This document shows positions 18,501 through 29,600 of a DNA stretch of 64,000 bases, piece after piece. The notes beneath the pieces were generated by a model. The model saw only the letters and a list, made by a program, of their open reading frames with translations, did not search any database and was not told where the DNA came from. This stretch comes from a virus, in the IMG/VR virus record IMGVR_UViG_3300027741_000020, one strand, 5' to 3'. The stretch's first letter is position 1. Every line of letters begins with the position of its first letter. Position numbers and translations under genes: made by a program.

Positions 18501-21134
18501 GATTTGTGGCACTATGTATTTGGTACAGATGTGAATGGTACTAGCTCACAACAAACACCTGCTAAACAAAGAAATGCTGAAATATGGCGTAGGATAGTTA
18601 ATAACATCCCATATCTATTAAAGCATAGAGGTACAAGACGTGGTATTTATGCAATGATGGCATGCTACGGTATACCATCATCAAATCTTTCGGTAATAGA
18701 ATTTGGTGGACCGGAAGTGACCGATGAAGTCAAGCATAAATTAATAATGAGTGATATTGCATATAATATTTTAATGTCACCATCTGCATCAATTCAAATA
18801 CCTTGGAAAAATACTGAACAAAATAAAAAACCAAATTCCATAGAGATATTTTTAACTCCAGCGCGTAGTGGTTATTGGAATGTAATATCCGGTAGTAATT
18901 GGGGCGTATCGTTATCGGGCTCAATTGGTAGTAGTTTGGGTACTGTTATATTTAATTACTCTGGCTCAAACGCAATAACATCATCGGTATTACCTATATT
19001 TAATACTAATTATTTTGGTATTGAAATATCAAAAATATACACAAACTCCGGTTCGGCTAGTTTGGAATTAAATGTAAAGCAGACCGATGTAGATAGAACT
19101 ATATTCTCCGGATCTTATACTAAATTAATTCAAACCGCATCCATTGCTATGGAAAGTGGTAGTTACATTTATATAGGAAGTGGTAGTAATGGGTTTAGTG
19201 GTAGTATAGATGAAATAAGATTATGGTCTACCGCATTAAGCTCAAGTAAATTCTTTGAGCACTGTCACTATCCAGAGATGATAAATGGTAATAATATATC
19301 ATCTTCATATAGCGATTTATATTTCAGACTTGATTTTGAATATCCTAAGAATGTTGCGCTAACTTCATCTTTTATAAATGTTTCACCAACCACATATTAC
19401 TCCGGAACATTGGATAGAAACTATTATGAAAGTGGAAATGGCAGACTAACAACATTAGCTTCTACAAATATTTCAGCATCATTAAGTGCTTCGGCATTTG
19501 GATTTACATCGGCAACAGCATATCCGTATCAATTCCAAGTAATAGAAAGAGATGTAGTATTGGCAACTCCTGATCTGGGTGTATCTCGATACTCTACAAA
19601 TAAAATTAGAAACGAAGACCAGATTTTAATAAATGATTTATCACCAAACTATCGTTCAACTATTCAAACGAATCAATTATCTCCTGGTGATACGAACCGT
19701 GTTGGTATATTTTTATCTACTGCTAAGGAAATAAATTTAGATATAGCTAGGTCAATTGGTGCAGAAAATTTAGATAACTATATTGGTAATCCAGATGATT
19801 TATATGAGGAAACTTATAAACCACTTGAAAGTTTAAGAAATTATTACTTTAAAAGATATAAAAATAGAGATGTATATTCCTATATAGATTTAATTAAATT
19901 ATATGAGAAAGCAATGTTTGATGATATTAAACAAATGCTTCCAGCAAGAGTTGCAGTAGCAACTGGCTTATTAATTGAACCGCATTTTTTAGAAAGAAAT
20001 AAATTAAAACATAAAAGACCAAGTGTAGAAAATAATCAAATTAATACCGTATTAAATGCCGAATTGCATACGGTTATAACTTCTGAAATTGAGCAGTTTA
20101 ATACTGTAGTGGATTGTCATTCAACAACCGATGTTAATGGTGAGTCGGTACAATTGGAAAAAACGATTAATACCGAAGATGATATTAATACAATTGCTAA
20201 TGAATATCAATTGGATACCTTAATTGCAAATACATCACCATTGGTTACTTCCGAAAATTACGAATACTATTCTACTATTATAAATGATACGGCAATATCA
20301 AGTTATAATGAGCAATATGAATGTATAATTGATTCGCATATCATTAAGAACACCGTATTATCGGAATCGGAACTGAATGCTTCAAATACCATTATAGATG
20401 ATAATAGTTTATATAATACTATTGGATATGGAATTTATTTAGAAAATGGATCTGCAATAAGAACTTATTATGATGCTAATAAAAACAAAATAAAAGAAAG
20501 AATTAAAGTATACGTTGTAAAAGTACAAAAACAAAGAGTTGTAACCGTACCAAACGTTGTAGTCAATGGTAAAGGTGATGCAAGAATGGGACTATCAAGT
20601 TCTATACAAACGTATTATGATACTACATTGGTGGTACAGCCATTTGAAGAAAATTATACTGTGAGTTCTTCGTATGATGCTAATAATCTTCCTATTACAT
20701 TTTTAAATCCAAATTCTATGTATCAAATATCATCATACAATCCGGCAGATGATTTTTCTAATATAGGAGGGCCTGCTCCCGCTGGTGGTTATAATGGAAT
20801 GCGATTTATTGCAAAAGGAACAACTCCAAAAGTTTGGACGGCTACTACTGGTACCGGATTGATATTTGTACCAAAGACTACATACGCTCCTTTCTCTGGA
20901 AGTGGTAACATTGTAGAAGTTTCTATACCATCTGGATATTTGAGTTCACATTATTCAAAAAATTCATTATTAACAACAGGTATGAAAAATGCATATTATA
21001 GAGGTTGTAAAAATACAGCAGCAACTACTTTAGATGGAACTCCGCCTATTGAAGTGTTTACAACTAACCCTAATGCTATTAAAGTAAATAAAGCAGGTAG
21101 GGACATATCAGAACCTATTTTAGAAGTAGGATAA
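15558..21134 (+). CDS. Large baseplate wedge protein (gp7-like) with Gly/Thr-rich N-terminus and LamG-like domain
   Basis: YLLKHRGTRRGIYAMMACYG (gp7/P2-gpI-like), FSGSIDEIRLWSTAL (LamG), 1858 aa. Confidence 0.65.
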   Translation: MAINQNNSGFFGGGANNNSGGTGDGPGLGGGGGTGAGSGITNLTNNAGDGSGGGGGYTGGGVVTPTTTTTTSTTTTTTTQPYLPTGFATSKGDIILNLTADEAVEFSFIDQTGFPKSFAISNTYQFKRNHLQFHGPYIFRAQNTGTTSLNRFSVSVEREQNTAKEYFWIVEQEYNPTTQTFSVINERKITTNTIVEELHFRFSSVQTSTTTTTTTQPQITTTTTTTTTTTSNPVVNYEIAFATNFNNELGNNLTLKYNIVDKNGNSVDSDSILLQNKNTDNKKIVNSIALNSNVNIQLIGTFSSEYKYTHIYYTNSRNVKSINNDFSTWTEVSGPNFTIPGKELLSSIAVVALFEKTLINVSPILTLDTSSFDVEVKESDTDKQINIPFSVKQADFVDVYITKDNIIRVPANNGFANLFFKKDFGGIYGSKRIVFVPVNNTYGTGNKVEVIINFKLVNDFPSIVQILYPTNVEVPSFSDGNIDWEIHYQSFAATSVDVDLLARDKSRIPLFKNLKPNDSFKINLKELGNKFSNWNGNDTITLVFRPINRGGEHELIGNEYEVITSIVYPKIQLDEDIIRKSIFDAFMDKLKFTEPELESKYLTHLLNFGDDQHLLISSWEEDNWTLSDKQTDELGNVTVTNEVKSLILKLYSPLPAEYQTNQTVWVTKLMTNPLVETIILNEESNIECPNIKGPNFNIDVDYIKGASTTFESLDSLILSATSSAELISTYLSSSFTNTDDLNIQYVSGSLTSNPSGSLLKNGIIIDSFAYDGVYQWDNFVHFSSAKDRVDNFVYKVQLIESYNTAIVKASTNYTGGGGAYYTASVASTQEVQRQQSKKSKIIQSFDGFEKFLYTYSADYSNANSSSITWPIQNGALLASTTNVVIGWYNNIINIASDYDKTNTNHLLNNIPQYILANENNDNYLLFFSMIGHHFDNIYYYTKAVERGRGLGYKSKNGITDRLLFDVLKSLSWDAKHLSPNTDLWHYVFGTDVNGTSSQQTPAKQRNAEIWRRIVNNIPYLLKHRGTRRGIYAMMACYGIPSSNLSVIEFGGPEVTDEVKHKLIMSDIAYNILMSPSASIQIPWKNTEQNKKPNSIEIFLTPARSGYWNVISGSNWGVSLSGSIGSSLGTVIFNYSGSNAITSSVLPIFNTNYFGIEISKIYTNSGSASLELNVKQTDVDRTIFSGSYTKLIQTASIAMESGSYIYIGSGSNGFSGSIDEIRLWSTALSSSKFFEHCHYPEMINGNNISSSYSDLYFRLDFEYPKNVALTSSFINVSPTTYYSGTLDRNYYESGNGRLTTLASTNISASLSASAFGFTSATAYPYQFQVIERDVVLATPDLGVSRYSTNKIRNEDQILINDLSPNYRSTIQTNQLSPGDTNRVGIFLSTAKEINLDIARSIGAENLDNYIGNPDDLYEETYKPLESLRNYYFKRYKNRDVYSYIDLIKLYEKAMFDDIKQMLPARVAVATGLLIEPHFLERNKLKHKRPSVENNQINTVLNAELHTVITSEIEQFNTVVDCHSTTDVNGESVQLEKTINTEDDINTIANEYQLDTLIANTSPLVTSENYEYYSTIINDTAISSYNEQYECIIDSHIIKNTVLSESELNASNTIIDDNSLYNTIGYGIYLENGSAIRTYYDANKNKIKERIKVYVVKVQKQRVVTVPNVVVNGKGDARMGLSSSIQTYYDTTLVVQPFEENYTVSSSYDANNLPITFLNPNSMYQISSYNPADDFSNIGGPAPAGGYNGMRFIAKGTTPKVWTATTGTGLIFVPKTTYAPFSGSGNIVEVSIPSGYLSSHYSKNSLLTTGMKNAYYRGCKNTAATTLDGTPPIEVFTTNPNAIKVNKAGRDISEPILEVG

Positions 21135-21181
21135 TAATTTTTAAAAAAACTATATTTATTAACAAACGATAATATAATACT

Positions 21182-21850
21182 ATGGGATATTTAAGTAACG
21201 CAGAATTGACAGTAGATGCAATTCTTACTAAAAAAGGTAGAGAGCAACTTGCGGCTGGAATGGGATTAAACATTACACAGTTTGCTTTGGCAGATGATGA
21301 AATTGATTACTCTTTATATGAACCTGCACATCCATTGGGGTCTGCATATTATGATGTGGCTATAAAAAATACGCCAGTATTGGAAGCTAGTCCCGATGAA
21401 ACGCAAGTAATGAAATATAAATTGGTAACTCTTCCAAAAAATACAACACGTATTCCGGTTGTTGAATTTGGTGTTCCAACTATTTCTGTTAATCAAAGAA
21501 GTGGAGAAGTTTCTTTATCACCTACAACATCCCCCGCAGGTAATAGGACTTTAGGATATACTATTATTCTTGCAAATAAAACCGCAGGTAATATTATAGG
21601 CGAGGGAGTTACCTCGGATGTTGGTACTGTTCCTATTTATATTGGTGATGATGTATCGGCAACGGCAGCTATCGCTAAGGGTTTAACATTCAAATTTATA
21701 CCTAACCCGGCTATAACAAGTACAATCAAAACAACAATAACTGTGTATGGTAATGAAACCGGTGGTTCTCAAACTATTCCAGTTACCGTAACATATTTCA
21801 ACTTTAATAGAAGTGAGTATGTTAAAGGAAAAATACAAAATTTAGGATAA
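21182..21850 (+). CDS. Baseplate/tail-fibre attachment protein (DUF3751-like N-terminus)
   Basis: DAILTKKGREQLA...ITQFALADDEIDY. Confidence 0.6.
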   Translation: MGYLSNAELTVDAILTKKGREQLAAGMGLNITQFALADDEIDYSLYEPAHPLGSAYYDVAIKNTPVLEASPDETQVMKYKLVTLPKNTTRIPVVEFGVPTISVNQRSGEVSLSPTTSPAGNRTLGYTIILANKTAGNIIGEGVTSDVGTVPIYIGDDVSATAAIAKGLTFKFIPNPAITSTIKTTITVYGNETGGSQTIPVTVTYFNFNRSEYVKGKIQNLG

Positions 21851-21874
21851 TAAATAAAATTTTAATATAAACAT

Positions 21875-23143
21875 ATGGCAATAGTTAGAGATAATAGAGG
21901 AGCGCTTTTAGCAAGTAATCTATCAAAGTATTTAGCAAACACTGCGAATACTGCAGGTACTCCAATAGATACAAATGAAATGGTTAATATAATTAACCAA
22001 TTTTTAGGAACAGGTGAACAAATCGGTTCAAATGTTTCAACTTTTACAACGGGTATCTACAAGAAATTCGCTGATAATGATAAGATTACAAATAGAACCC
22101 AAGTAGTAACTGCTGGTATTTGGAGTGGCGATACTGGTTCTTTATCAGCATTTTATACATCATCGACTCAGGTAGCAAGTACATTAGGTAAATACTACAT
22201 TAATGCATATAATATTGACCCAGCATCAACGGCAGCTGAGGTTCAATTCTCATTGGCTTATGCTGATGTAAATGGATATGGTGCACCAACATTGGCACAA
22301 GACCAATCTTCAACAAGTCCATCGCTGGCATTGTATAAGCAATTAAGAAATATATTATTAAACCCAGGTGATAGATATTTTAGTGTATATTCTGGCTCAA
22401 ATGCTACTGGCAAGGATATGAAAAGCATGTATATTATCAATATCAATCGTTCTAGATGGAAAGAGAGAATGGATCCAGGAAATATATCAATATCTCTATC
22501 TGGTTCAAAAGGCATTATTACACTTATCGATGATAGTGGTGGAGCAGATGAAAATGTAACAACAGCTGGCCGTATTTATCGTATAGTTAGTGGATCATTA
22601 AATATAGGGTCTGCATTAACTTCATCTATTGCATCGTATGTTGATACATATTCGCAAGAGGGGTATGGTTTATTTTATCCTGATATGGGATTGATTCTTT
22701 TAAACCCTACGGCACTATCTGGATCTGTTGGTACTGTTCGTGGTGGTTCATTAAAAGCTGCACCAAGTTCTATTATAGGATATTACCATAATAACTCATT
22801 GAGTGGTAGTACAGTTACAAATAATTCGGGATCTATTGTATTGTTAAACGCAATAGATGATGGTAATGCATTTGCTGCTCGTAGAACTGAAAATGTTTCT
22901 ACTTCTCACTATTTTGTTAGAGCAAATAATAGAGAATACAACTTTTCAAACAACCCATCGTTTGTAACAGGATCATCTGGTCAGTTTATTCAGGCTTTAT
23001 TTGAAAATGACCCGCATGTATATGTTACAACAGTAGGATTATATAATGATTCGCATGAATTGTTAGCAGTAGCTAAGACATCTACTCCTATTGAAAAAAC
23101 ATTTGATAAAGAAATAGCAATAAAAGTTAAATTAGATTTTTAA
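21875..23143 (+). CDS. Baseplate/tail structural protein
   Basis: C-terminal YVTTVGLYNDSHELLAVAK motif, typical of fibre-collar/DUF3751-type folds. Confidence 0.6.
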   Translation: MAIVRDNRGALLASNLSKYLANTANTAGTPIDTNEMVNIINQFLGTGEQIGSNVSTFTTGIYKKFADNDKITNRTQVVTAGIWSGDTGSLSAFYTSSTQVASTLGKYYINAYNIDPASTAAEVQFSLAYADVNGYGAPTLAQDQSSTSPSLALYKQLRNILLNPGDRYFSVYSGSNATGKDMKSMYIININRSRWKERMDPGNISISLSGSKGIITLIDDSGGADENVTTAGRIYRIVSGSLNIGSALTSSIASYVDTYSQEGYGLFYPDMGLILLNPTALSGSVGTVRGGSLKAAPSSIIGYYHNNSLSGSTVTNNSGSIVLLNAIDDGNAFAARRTENVSTSHYFVRANNREYNFSNNPSFVTGSSGQFIQALFENDPHVYVTTVGLYNDSHELLAVAKTSTPIEKTFDKEIAIKVKLDF

Positions 23144-23164
23144 AAAGAATAGCTAGTAACTACC

Positions 23165-23189
23165 AACCCACCTTAATTGGTGGGTTTTT
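23165..23189 (+). terminator. Intrinsic terminator
   Basis: aacccacc (23165-23172) / ggtgggtt (23179-23186) plus T-run. Confidence 0.8.
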
Positions 23190-23214
23190 AGTTAAATGGA
23201 TATTTATTAATAAT

Positions 23215-24489
23215 ATGTTAAAAAAGATACCCAAATCAGATATACAGATTCGTCCATTCAAAGCTTATAAACAATGGAACTTCAATCAAAGTAGCGCTGA
23301 GATTTCCGTGTTTGATGCAACGGGAGCCACTTTTTATGATAATTCTCCCACACTAACCGGAAATACCGATAGTAATGGAAATATATTATCTTTTAATTCA
23401 TACGCTATATATAAGCAGTTAATTCATCAATTCTATGACCCAATATCCACAAATAATCCATTTTTAAGATTTGGGACAAAATCATCGGAGTATATTCAAG
23501 AGGTGGATGACTATTCGCAAGAACGGTATATAGCACCGGTTATATCCGGCTCTAAAGCAATAAAAGTAGTATCAATTCCTCAAAAATACGTTGGCGAAGG
23601 TATAAAGAAAAAATCAGTTTCAATTTATTGTACCGGAATTGGGCCCAGTAATATTAGTAAAACTTTAATAGATGATGGGTATGGTAATTTAATATTCGAT
23701 GATACGGTTTCGGTTACTAATTTTTCTTTGGATTTGACATTAGGAGTTTTTTCATTTGATTTTACAGATATTTCGACTGTTGCAACACGATACACAACCA
23801 GTGTTGATAATAATTATTGGAATCTGCAAACCGGAGTTGTAAAAATAACTTATAATAATATCACATATACTTGCAATATAATAAGTTACAATGCCGTAGC
23901 AAAAACAGCTACGTTTGATAAATTACCATTTGTTCGTGGTATTTCGGCAGAACAATATGTTGGTAATGTTTTTTATAGTCAAGGATTGATAGTATTTAAT
24001 AAATACATTAGTACATTTACGAATTGGACTTTACAATATAATTCAACAATGACTATATATGAACACGAATATCTTATAGTAGTTAAAGAAGATGAATTTA
24101 ATGTTTCTACTAATCCGTCAGCAACTATAACTTTCAATGATGAAACTGGATCATTTACAGATAGTTTTGGACTAGTTCGTTATGTTGTATATAATCCAGG
24201 ACAAAAGTATATACGAAAAAGTCAAATGATGGAAAATGGTAATATATTAGACTTAAGGTATAAAGGATCAGTATCATCTTCCGTTACAAATGATTGGATA
24301 TATGCCGGATTTGAACATTGGGAAGTAAGCGGTTCAACTGATAGAACTGGATCATTTTTAGCACCTATGATTACAACAATTGGATTGTATGATGAACATT
24401 GTAACTTAGTAGCAGTTGCAAAATTACCAACACCAATTAAATCATTACCCGATCATCCTATAAATTTTATTATAAGATTTGATATTTAA
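23215..24489 (+). CDS. Baseplate/tail structural protein, paralogue of the preceding gene
   Basis: C-terminal MITTIGLYDEHCNLVAVAKLPTPIK. Confidence 0.6.
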   Translation: MLKKIPKSDIQIRPFKAYKQWNFNQSSAEISVFDATGATFYDNSPTLTGNTDSNGNILSFNSYAIYKQLIHQFYDPISTNNPFLRFGTKSSEYIQEVDDYSQERYIAPVISGSKAIKVVSIPQKYVGEGIKKKSVSIYCTGIGPSNISKTLIDDGYGNLIFDDTVSVTNFSLDLTLGVFSFDFTDISTVATRYTTSVDNNYWNLQTGVVKITYNNITYTCNIISYNAVAKTATFDKLPFVRGISAEQYVGNVFYSQGLIVFNKYISTFTNWTLQYNSTMTIYEHEYLIVVKEDEFNVSTNPSATITFNDETGSFTDSFGLVRYVVYNPGQKYIRKSQMMENGNILDLRYKGSVSSSVTNDWIYAGFEHWEVSGSTDRTGSFLAPMITTIGLYDEHCNLVAVAKLPTPIKSLPDHPINFIIRFDI

Positions 24490-24523
24490 TAAAATTATTT
24501 ATATTTATATAAAAATAGAAAAT

Positions 24524-24736
24524 ATGGCACAGAGTATTATAGATACATATAACGCAAAACAAAAGGAATTGGGAGTGGATAAAATTTCATTCGCAGCCGG
24601 TCAGACTGCTAAAACCCCATATACTACCGATGATTTAAAAAATGCAGATGATCAAGTTTTAACGGCTGCTAAATTTAAAACAGGTCGTGGTGGTGAATTG
24701 CCTGGAATGAAATATTCTGATACTAATCCGAAATAA
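24524..24736 (+). CDS. Small hypothetical protein
   Basis: Start moved to ATG 24524 (MAQSII) after a double TATTTAT motif. Confidence 0.65.
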   Translation: MAQSIIDTYNAKQKELGVDKISFAAGQTAKTPYTTDDLKNADDQVLTAAKFKTGRGGELPGMKYSDTNPK

Positions 24737-24745
24737 TAGCACATT

Positions 24746-25156
24746 ATGGCTAAAAGAGTTATATTACCCAAATCAAATTGGGTTGCAAAAAAGCATGGGT
24801 TTAAATCTGGACTTGAAGAAAGTATATCCAATCAAATAGATAGTAAAGGAATTAAAGTGATGTATGAAACTGAAAAGGTTGCGTATATCATTCCTGCATC
24901 AGACCATACATATCATCCAGACTTTTTACTACCAAATGGTATCTATGTAGAAACCAAAGGTAGATTTGTAATTGCCGATAGAAAAAAGCACCTACTAATA
25001 AAATCGCAGCATCCTGAATTGGATATTCGATTTGTATTTACAAATTCTAGAAATAAGATAAACAAAGCTTCTAAAACTACTTATGCCGATTGGTGTGAGA
25101 AGAATGGGTTTAAATATGCAGATAAAGTTATACCGGAAGATTGGTTTAATGAGTAA
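24746..25156 (+). CDS. T7 endonuclease I-like Holliday junction resolvase
   Basis: FKSGLEE, YHPDFLLPNGIYVETKGRF, HPELDIRFVF, TTYADWCEKNGF...IPEDW. Confidence 0.92.
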   Translation: MAKRVILPKSNWVAKKHGFKSGLEESISNQIDSKGIKVMYETEKVAYIIPASDHTYHPDFLLPNGIYVETKGRFVIADRKKHLLIKSQHPELDIRFVFTNSRNKINKASKTTYADWCEKNGFKYADKVIPEDWFNE

Positions 25157-25161
25157 TTAAA

Positions 25162-25193
25162 TTTGGTATTTTCGGATATTTTTTGTATATTTA
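25162..25193 (+). promoter_or_regulatory. Bacteroidota-type promoter variant
   Basis: TTTG 25162-25165, 20-nt spacer, TATATTTA 25186-25193, just before primase ATG 25197. Confidence 0.6.
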
Positions 25194-25196
25194 CTT

Positions 25197-26138
25197 ATGT
25201 TAAGTAATACAGAAAAAAATACAGTTATAGCATCCCTTACAACTACACTAGGGCAATATTCCACGCTAAAAGGAAATGAACTTGCATTTTACTGTCCGTT
25301 TTGCCATCACCATAAACAAAAATTACAAGTCAACACAGAAACGCAAAAGTGGCATTGTTGGACTTGCAATAGTGGTGGTAAAAAATTAACATCACTACTC
25401 CGTAAATTAGATGTAGACCGTAAAACCATTTCAATTATTCGTGAAATATATGGCGACTCTAATTACAATCTACAAAACGAAGATTCCGATGCAAAGGTAT
25501 TTATAAATCTTCCAAAAGAGTTTATATCATTAGCAGATGAGCCAAAGGGATTTAACCCTGAATATAAGCATGCTATACATTATCTTACTCAAAGAGGAAT
25601 TGGTATAAAAGAAATAGTAAAGTATAATATTGGATATTGTAAAGATGGAATGTACGCAAGACGTATAATTGTTCCGTCATATAATTCCAATGGTTCACTA
25701 AACTATTTTGTATCACGTTCGTATTATGCAGAAGAAAGAATGAAATATAAAAATCCACCAATCAGTAAAAATATTATTTGTTTAGATTCTCAAATTAATT
25801 GGAATGAGCCAGTTATATTATGTGAGGGTGTATTTGATGCTATTACAATTCGTAGAAATGCAATACCACTTTTGGGTAAATTTCCTTCTAAAACATTGGT
25901 TGAGAAAATCTTTATGAATGGTGTTACTGATATTGTAATTGCATTGGATTCAGATGCTATCAATGAAGCATTAAAAGTTTCCGATTATTTTAGTAAGCAA
26001 GGTATTAATGTAAGATTAATGATGTTAAAGGATAAGGATGCATCAGAACTAGGATATGATGGTTTTTATAAAGAATTAAATGGAACAAAAGAATTTGGAA
26101 TAGAAGAATTATTATTAAGTAAAATAAGTAGTTTATAA
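25197..26138 (+). CDS. dnaG: DNA primase (Zn finger + TOPRIM)
   Basis: CPFC...WHCWTC zinc finger, LCEGVFDA and ALDSDA TOPRIM motifs. Confidence 0.92.
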   Translation: MLSNTEKNTVIASLTTTLGQYSTLKGNELAFYCPFCHHHKQKLQVNTETQKWHCWTCNSGGKKLTSLLRKLDVDRKTISIIREIYGDSNYNLQNEDSDAKVFINLPKEFISLADEPKGFNPEYKHAIHYLTQRGIGIKEIVKYNIGYCKDGMYARRIIVPSYNSNGSLNYFVSRSYYAEERMKYKNPPISKNIICLDSQINWNEPVILCEGVFDAITIRRNAIPLLGKFPSKTLVEKIFMNGVTDIVIALDSDAINEALKVSDYFSKQGINVRLMMLKDKDASELGYDGFYKELNGTKEFGIEELLLSKISSL

Positions 26139-26695
26139 TGAAGATAGCGTTTATACTACCTGGTAGGGATTTTTCCAATAGGTTCATAGATAGTTGGACA
26201 AATGTTTTATACTCGATGCCAAAGGAATGGGATTGGGTTCACATTTGCGGATATGCACCAAATATATTCTACAATAGAGAAGCATTGCTATACAGAGCAA
26301 AGGTATTCAAACCAACGCATTATATGTGGATTGATAGTGACCAGGTTTTTAATTTTAAAATGTTAGAAAAGTTGGTAAAATATGATTTACCAATAATCTC
26401 TGGAATATATAAAAAATCACCAACATTATTTGCATGTTGTAAATTAAATGGCGAAACCCTAACAATAGAAGATGTTGTAGGGCAAACGGAGTTAATGGAA
26501 GTTAAAGCAAATGGTATGGGATTCATGTTAGTAAAGCGTGAAGTATTTGATTGTATAGTAGACCCATTTGAACCACAAGATCCAGACCAATGGGAAGATT
26601 TTACGTTTGCAAATAAAGCAAGAGAACGAGGATATAAATCATATGTAGATCCAACATTAATAGTTGGACATGAAAAAAAGATAGTTTATGAATAA
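26138..26695 (+). CDS. GT-A fold (GT2-like) glycosyltransferase
   Basis: YMWIDSDQ DxD motif, GMGFMLVKREVF, WEDFTFANKA...GYKSYVDPTLIVGH. Confidence 0.8.
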   Translation: MKIAFILPGRDFSNRFIDSWTNVLYSMPKEWDWVHICGYAPNIFYNREALLYRAKVFKPTHYMWIDSDQVFNFKMLEKLVKYDLPIISGIYKKSPTLFACCKLNGETLTIEDVVGQTELMEVKANGMGFMLVKREVFDCIVDPFEPQDPDQWEDFTFANKARERGYKSYVDPTLIVGHEKKIVYE

Positions 26696-29600
26696 GTTAA
26701 AAAAGATTTATCATATTGCGGATATACATATTCGTAATGTAAAAAGACACAAAGAGTATAGAGAAGTTTTTGAAAAAATGTTTACTGAAATTCGTAAGCA
26801 TGGGAATGAGGACTCTATTATTTATTTAGCAGGAGATATTGCTCATGCTAAATTAGAAATGTCACCGGAATTAATTAGTGAAATAGTTTGGCTATTTACG
26901 GAGTGTGCAAAAACATGTCCTACTATTCTCATAGCTGGGAATCACGATTGCAATATGAATAACTCCGATAGGCTTGATGTGCTTACGCCCATAGTTACAG
27001 CACTCAATCTCGATAATTTTACTTATTTAAAAGATACACAAATACATTCAATTGGCGATGTTGATTTTGCAGTATTCAGTATTTTTGATAACAAAGATAA
27101 TTGGCCTAAAGCAGATACTCTTACTGGTAAAACAAAGATTGCTCTATTTCATGGGCCTGTTGATAATTCTACAACAGATATTGGATATGTAGTTAGTAGT
27201 AGACATTTTACAACGGATATATTTGATGGTTACGATTTAGCCTTATTAGGTGATATTCATAAACGTCAAGAAATGGTAAGCCCTACCGGGTGTAAAGTTG
27301 TATATGCTGGCTCATTGATACAGCAAAACTTTGGTGAAACACTTGGTAAGCATGGGTTCTTAGTTTGGGATTTGGATACTATGAACTATGAGGAGATTGA
27401 TATTCAAAATGATTATGGGTATTATACTTTAGATATAGATAGTGGTTATGTGCCGGTTGTAACGGATATGCCAATTCATCCACGTCTTCGTGTTCGTATA
27501 TCCAATACCGATACAGCCGATACAAAGCGTGTAATGACCGATATCAAAATGAAATATGGTGTAGATGATTTTACTGTCATTCGTACAGACTCACTTTCTA
27601 AATTAAAATCAGGCAATCGTTCTAATAAATTAGATTTTGAAGATATATCAGATGTTAATTATCAAAATTCACTCATATCGGATTATATTAGTAGAATGAT
27701 GCCGTTTGTAGTGGATGATGATATTCATTCTATTCAAAAAATTAATACCGATATTAATAGTAGAATAACTCACGAGGAAATTCAAAGAAATGTACATTGG
27801 AAACCAATACGTTTTGAATTTTCTAATATGTTTAGTTATGGTGAAAATAATACTATTGACTTTAAAAAAGTAAATGGTTTAATGGGTTTGTTTGCACCAA
27901 ATGCAGCAGGTAAATCTTCTTTATTTGATGCAATTTCGTTTTGCCTTTATGATAAATGTAGTAGAGCATTCCGAGCACAAAATATCTTAAATAATCGTAA
28001 GACAACATTTCATTGTCAATTGGATTTTCAAATAAATGGTATAGACTATCACATTTGTAGAGAGGCTCGTACAATTAACAAAGGTAAGAATGTTAAAGTT
28101 GATGTACAATTTTGGAAAACGGAAGGTGGTATCGTAGTTTCACTTAATGGAACGGAAAGACGTGATACTAATACTGCTATTGAACAATATGTTGGTACTT
28201 ATGAGGATTTCATTCTAACTGCTTTAAGTCTACAAGGTAATAATGCACTATTTATTGATAAATCTCAATCAGAAAGAAAAGACCTTCTTGCTCAATTTAT
28301 GGGATTAAATGTATTTGATAAATTATATGAAGTAGCAACCGAAGATATTAAGGAAGTTAGTGTACTAATTAAAAACTTTAAGAGGACTGATTTTACGACT
28401 GAATTGGCTGATAAAGGTAATGAACTTAAATCCAAAAAGAGTGAATTAAAAGATTTACAAACTAAACTTGATGGGCTATCAAATGATAAGAATACTATAT
28501 TAGAAAATATACTAACTCTTACAAAAGAATTAGCGCCAATTGATTCTACATTAGATTTGAGTAAATTAGAAAAAAGTAAAACCGATATTGAAGGTAATAT
28601 CCTAAACATTCAAATTGAAAAAGTAAATAAGAAAAATAAAATTGGTGAGTTTGGTAATCTATTAGCGGAAATATCACAATCCATAGAAGAAAAGAAAACC
28701 ATTCATAACAGACCTATTGAAGATGCTAAACGCCAATGGGATGAATATAAATCAGAAATAAATACTACCGAGCATAAGATTGAGCTATTAGAACAATTAC
28801 TTAATTCAAATCAGGAAAAACTTTCACATTTGGAAGCACATGAGTATGACCCAAATTGTACTTATTGTATGAACAATGTATTTGTTAAAGATGCCATTGC
28901 TACAAAACAAAAAGTTAAAGAGCAAACCGAAGAACTATTAGAATTGGGTAATAAACAACAAACACTCATTCAGCAAGCAAGTTATATATCCGATGTTGAA
29001 GAACAATGGGATGAATTGGTTGAATCCAAATCAAAATATCAAAAGGGAATTGTAATCAAAGAAAAAGCAGAAGCAGAGCTAAAAGGTTTGGATACAAAAG
29101 AGGAATTGTTTAAAACTCAATTAGAAGCGGTTAAAGGTGATATTAAGCGATATAATGATAATGAGGATACGATAAAACGTAATAAAGAAATTCAATCCGA
29201 TATTAAGGAATTTGAAAACATAAAGAGTGGGATTGATAACTCAATAAGAGAATTAAATAAGAAGGTAACAACCTTAAATGGTACTATTGCTTCATTACAA
29301 TCGTTTGTAGAGGGTATTAAGAATAAGATGATAGAAGTTAAGGAGTTAGAAGAGAAAGGGCGCCTATACAACTATTATTTAGATGCAGTTAAGCGTGATG
29401 GTATTCCTTATGAATTAATATCAAAGGCATTACCAGTTATACAAACAGAAGTTAATAATATATTAGCACAGGTTGTGGATTTTGGTTGTGTAATGGAGGT
29501 CGATGGTAAATCTATTAATGCAAAAATTGTATACGATGACCAAGAGTGGCCACTTGAAATGTGTAGTGGTATGGAGAAGTTTGTAAGCGGACTTGCTATT

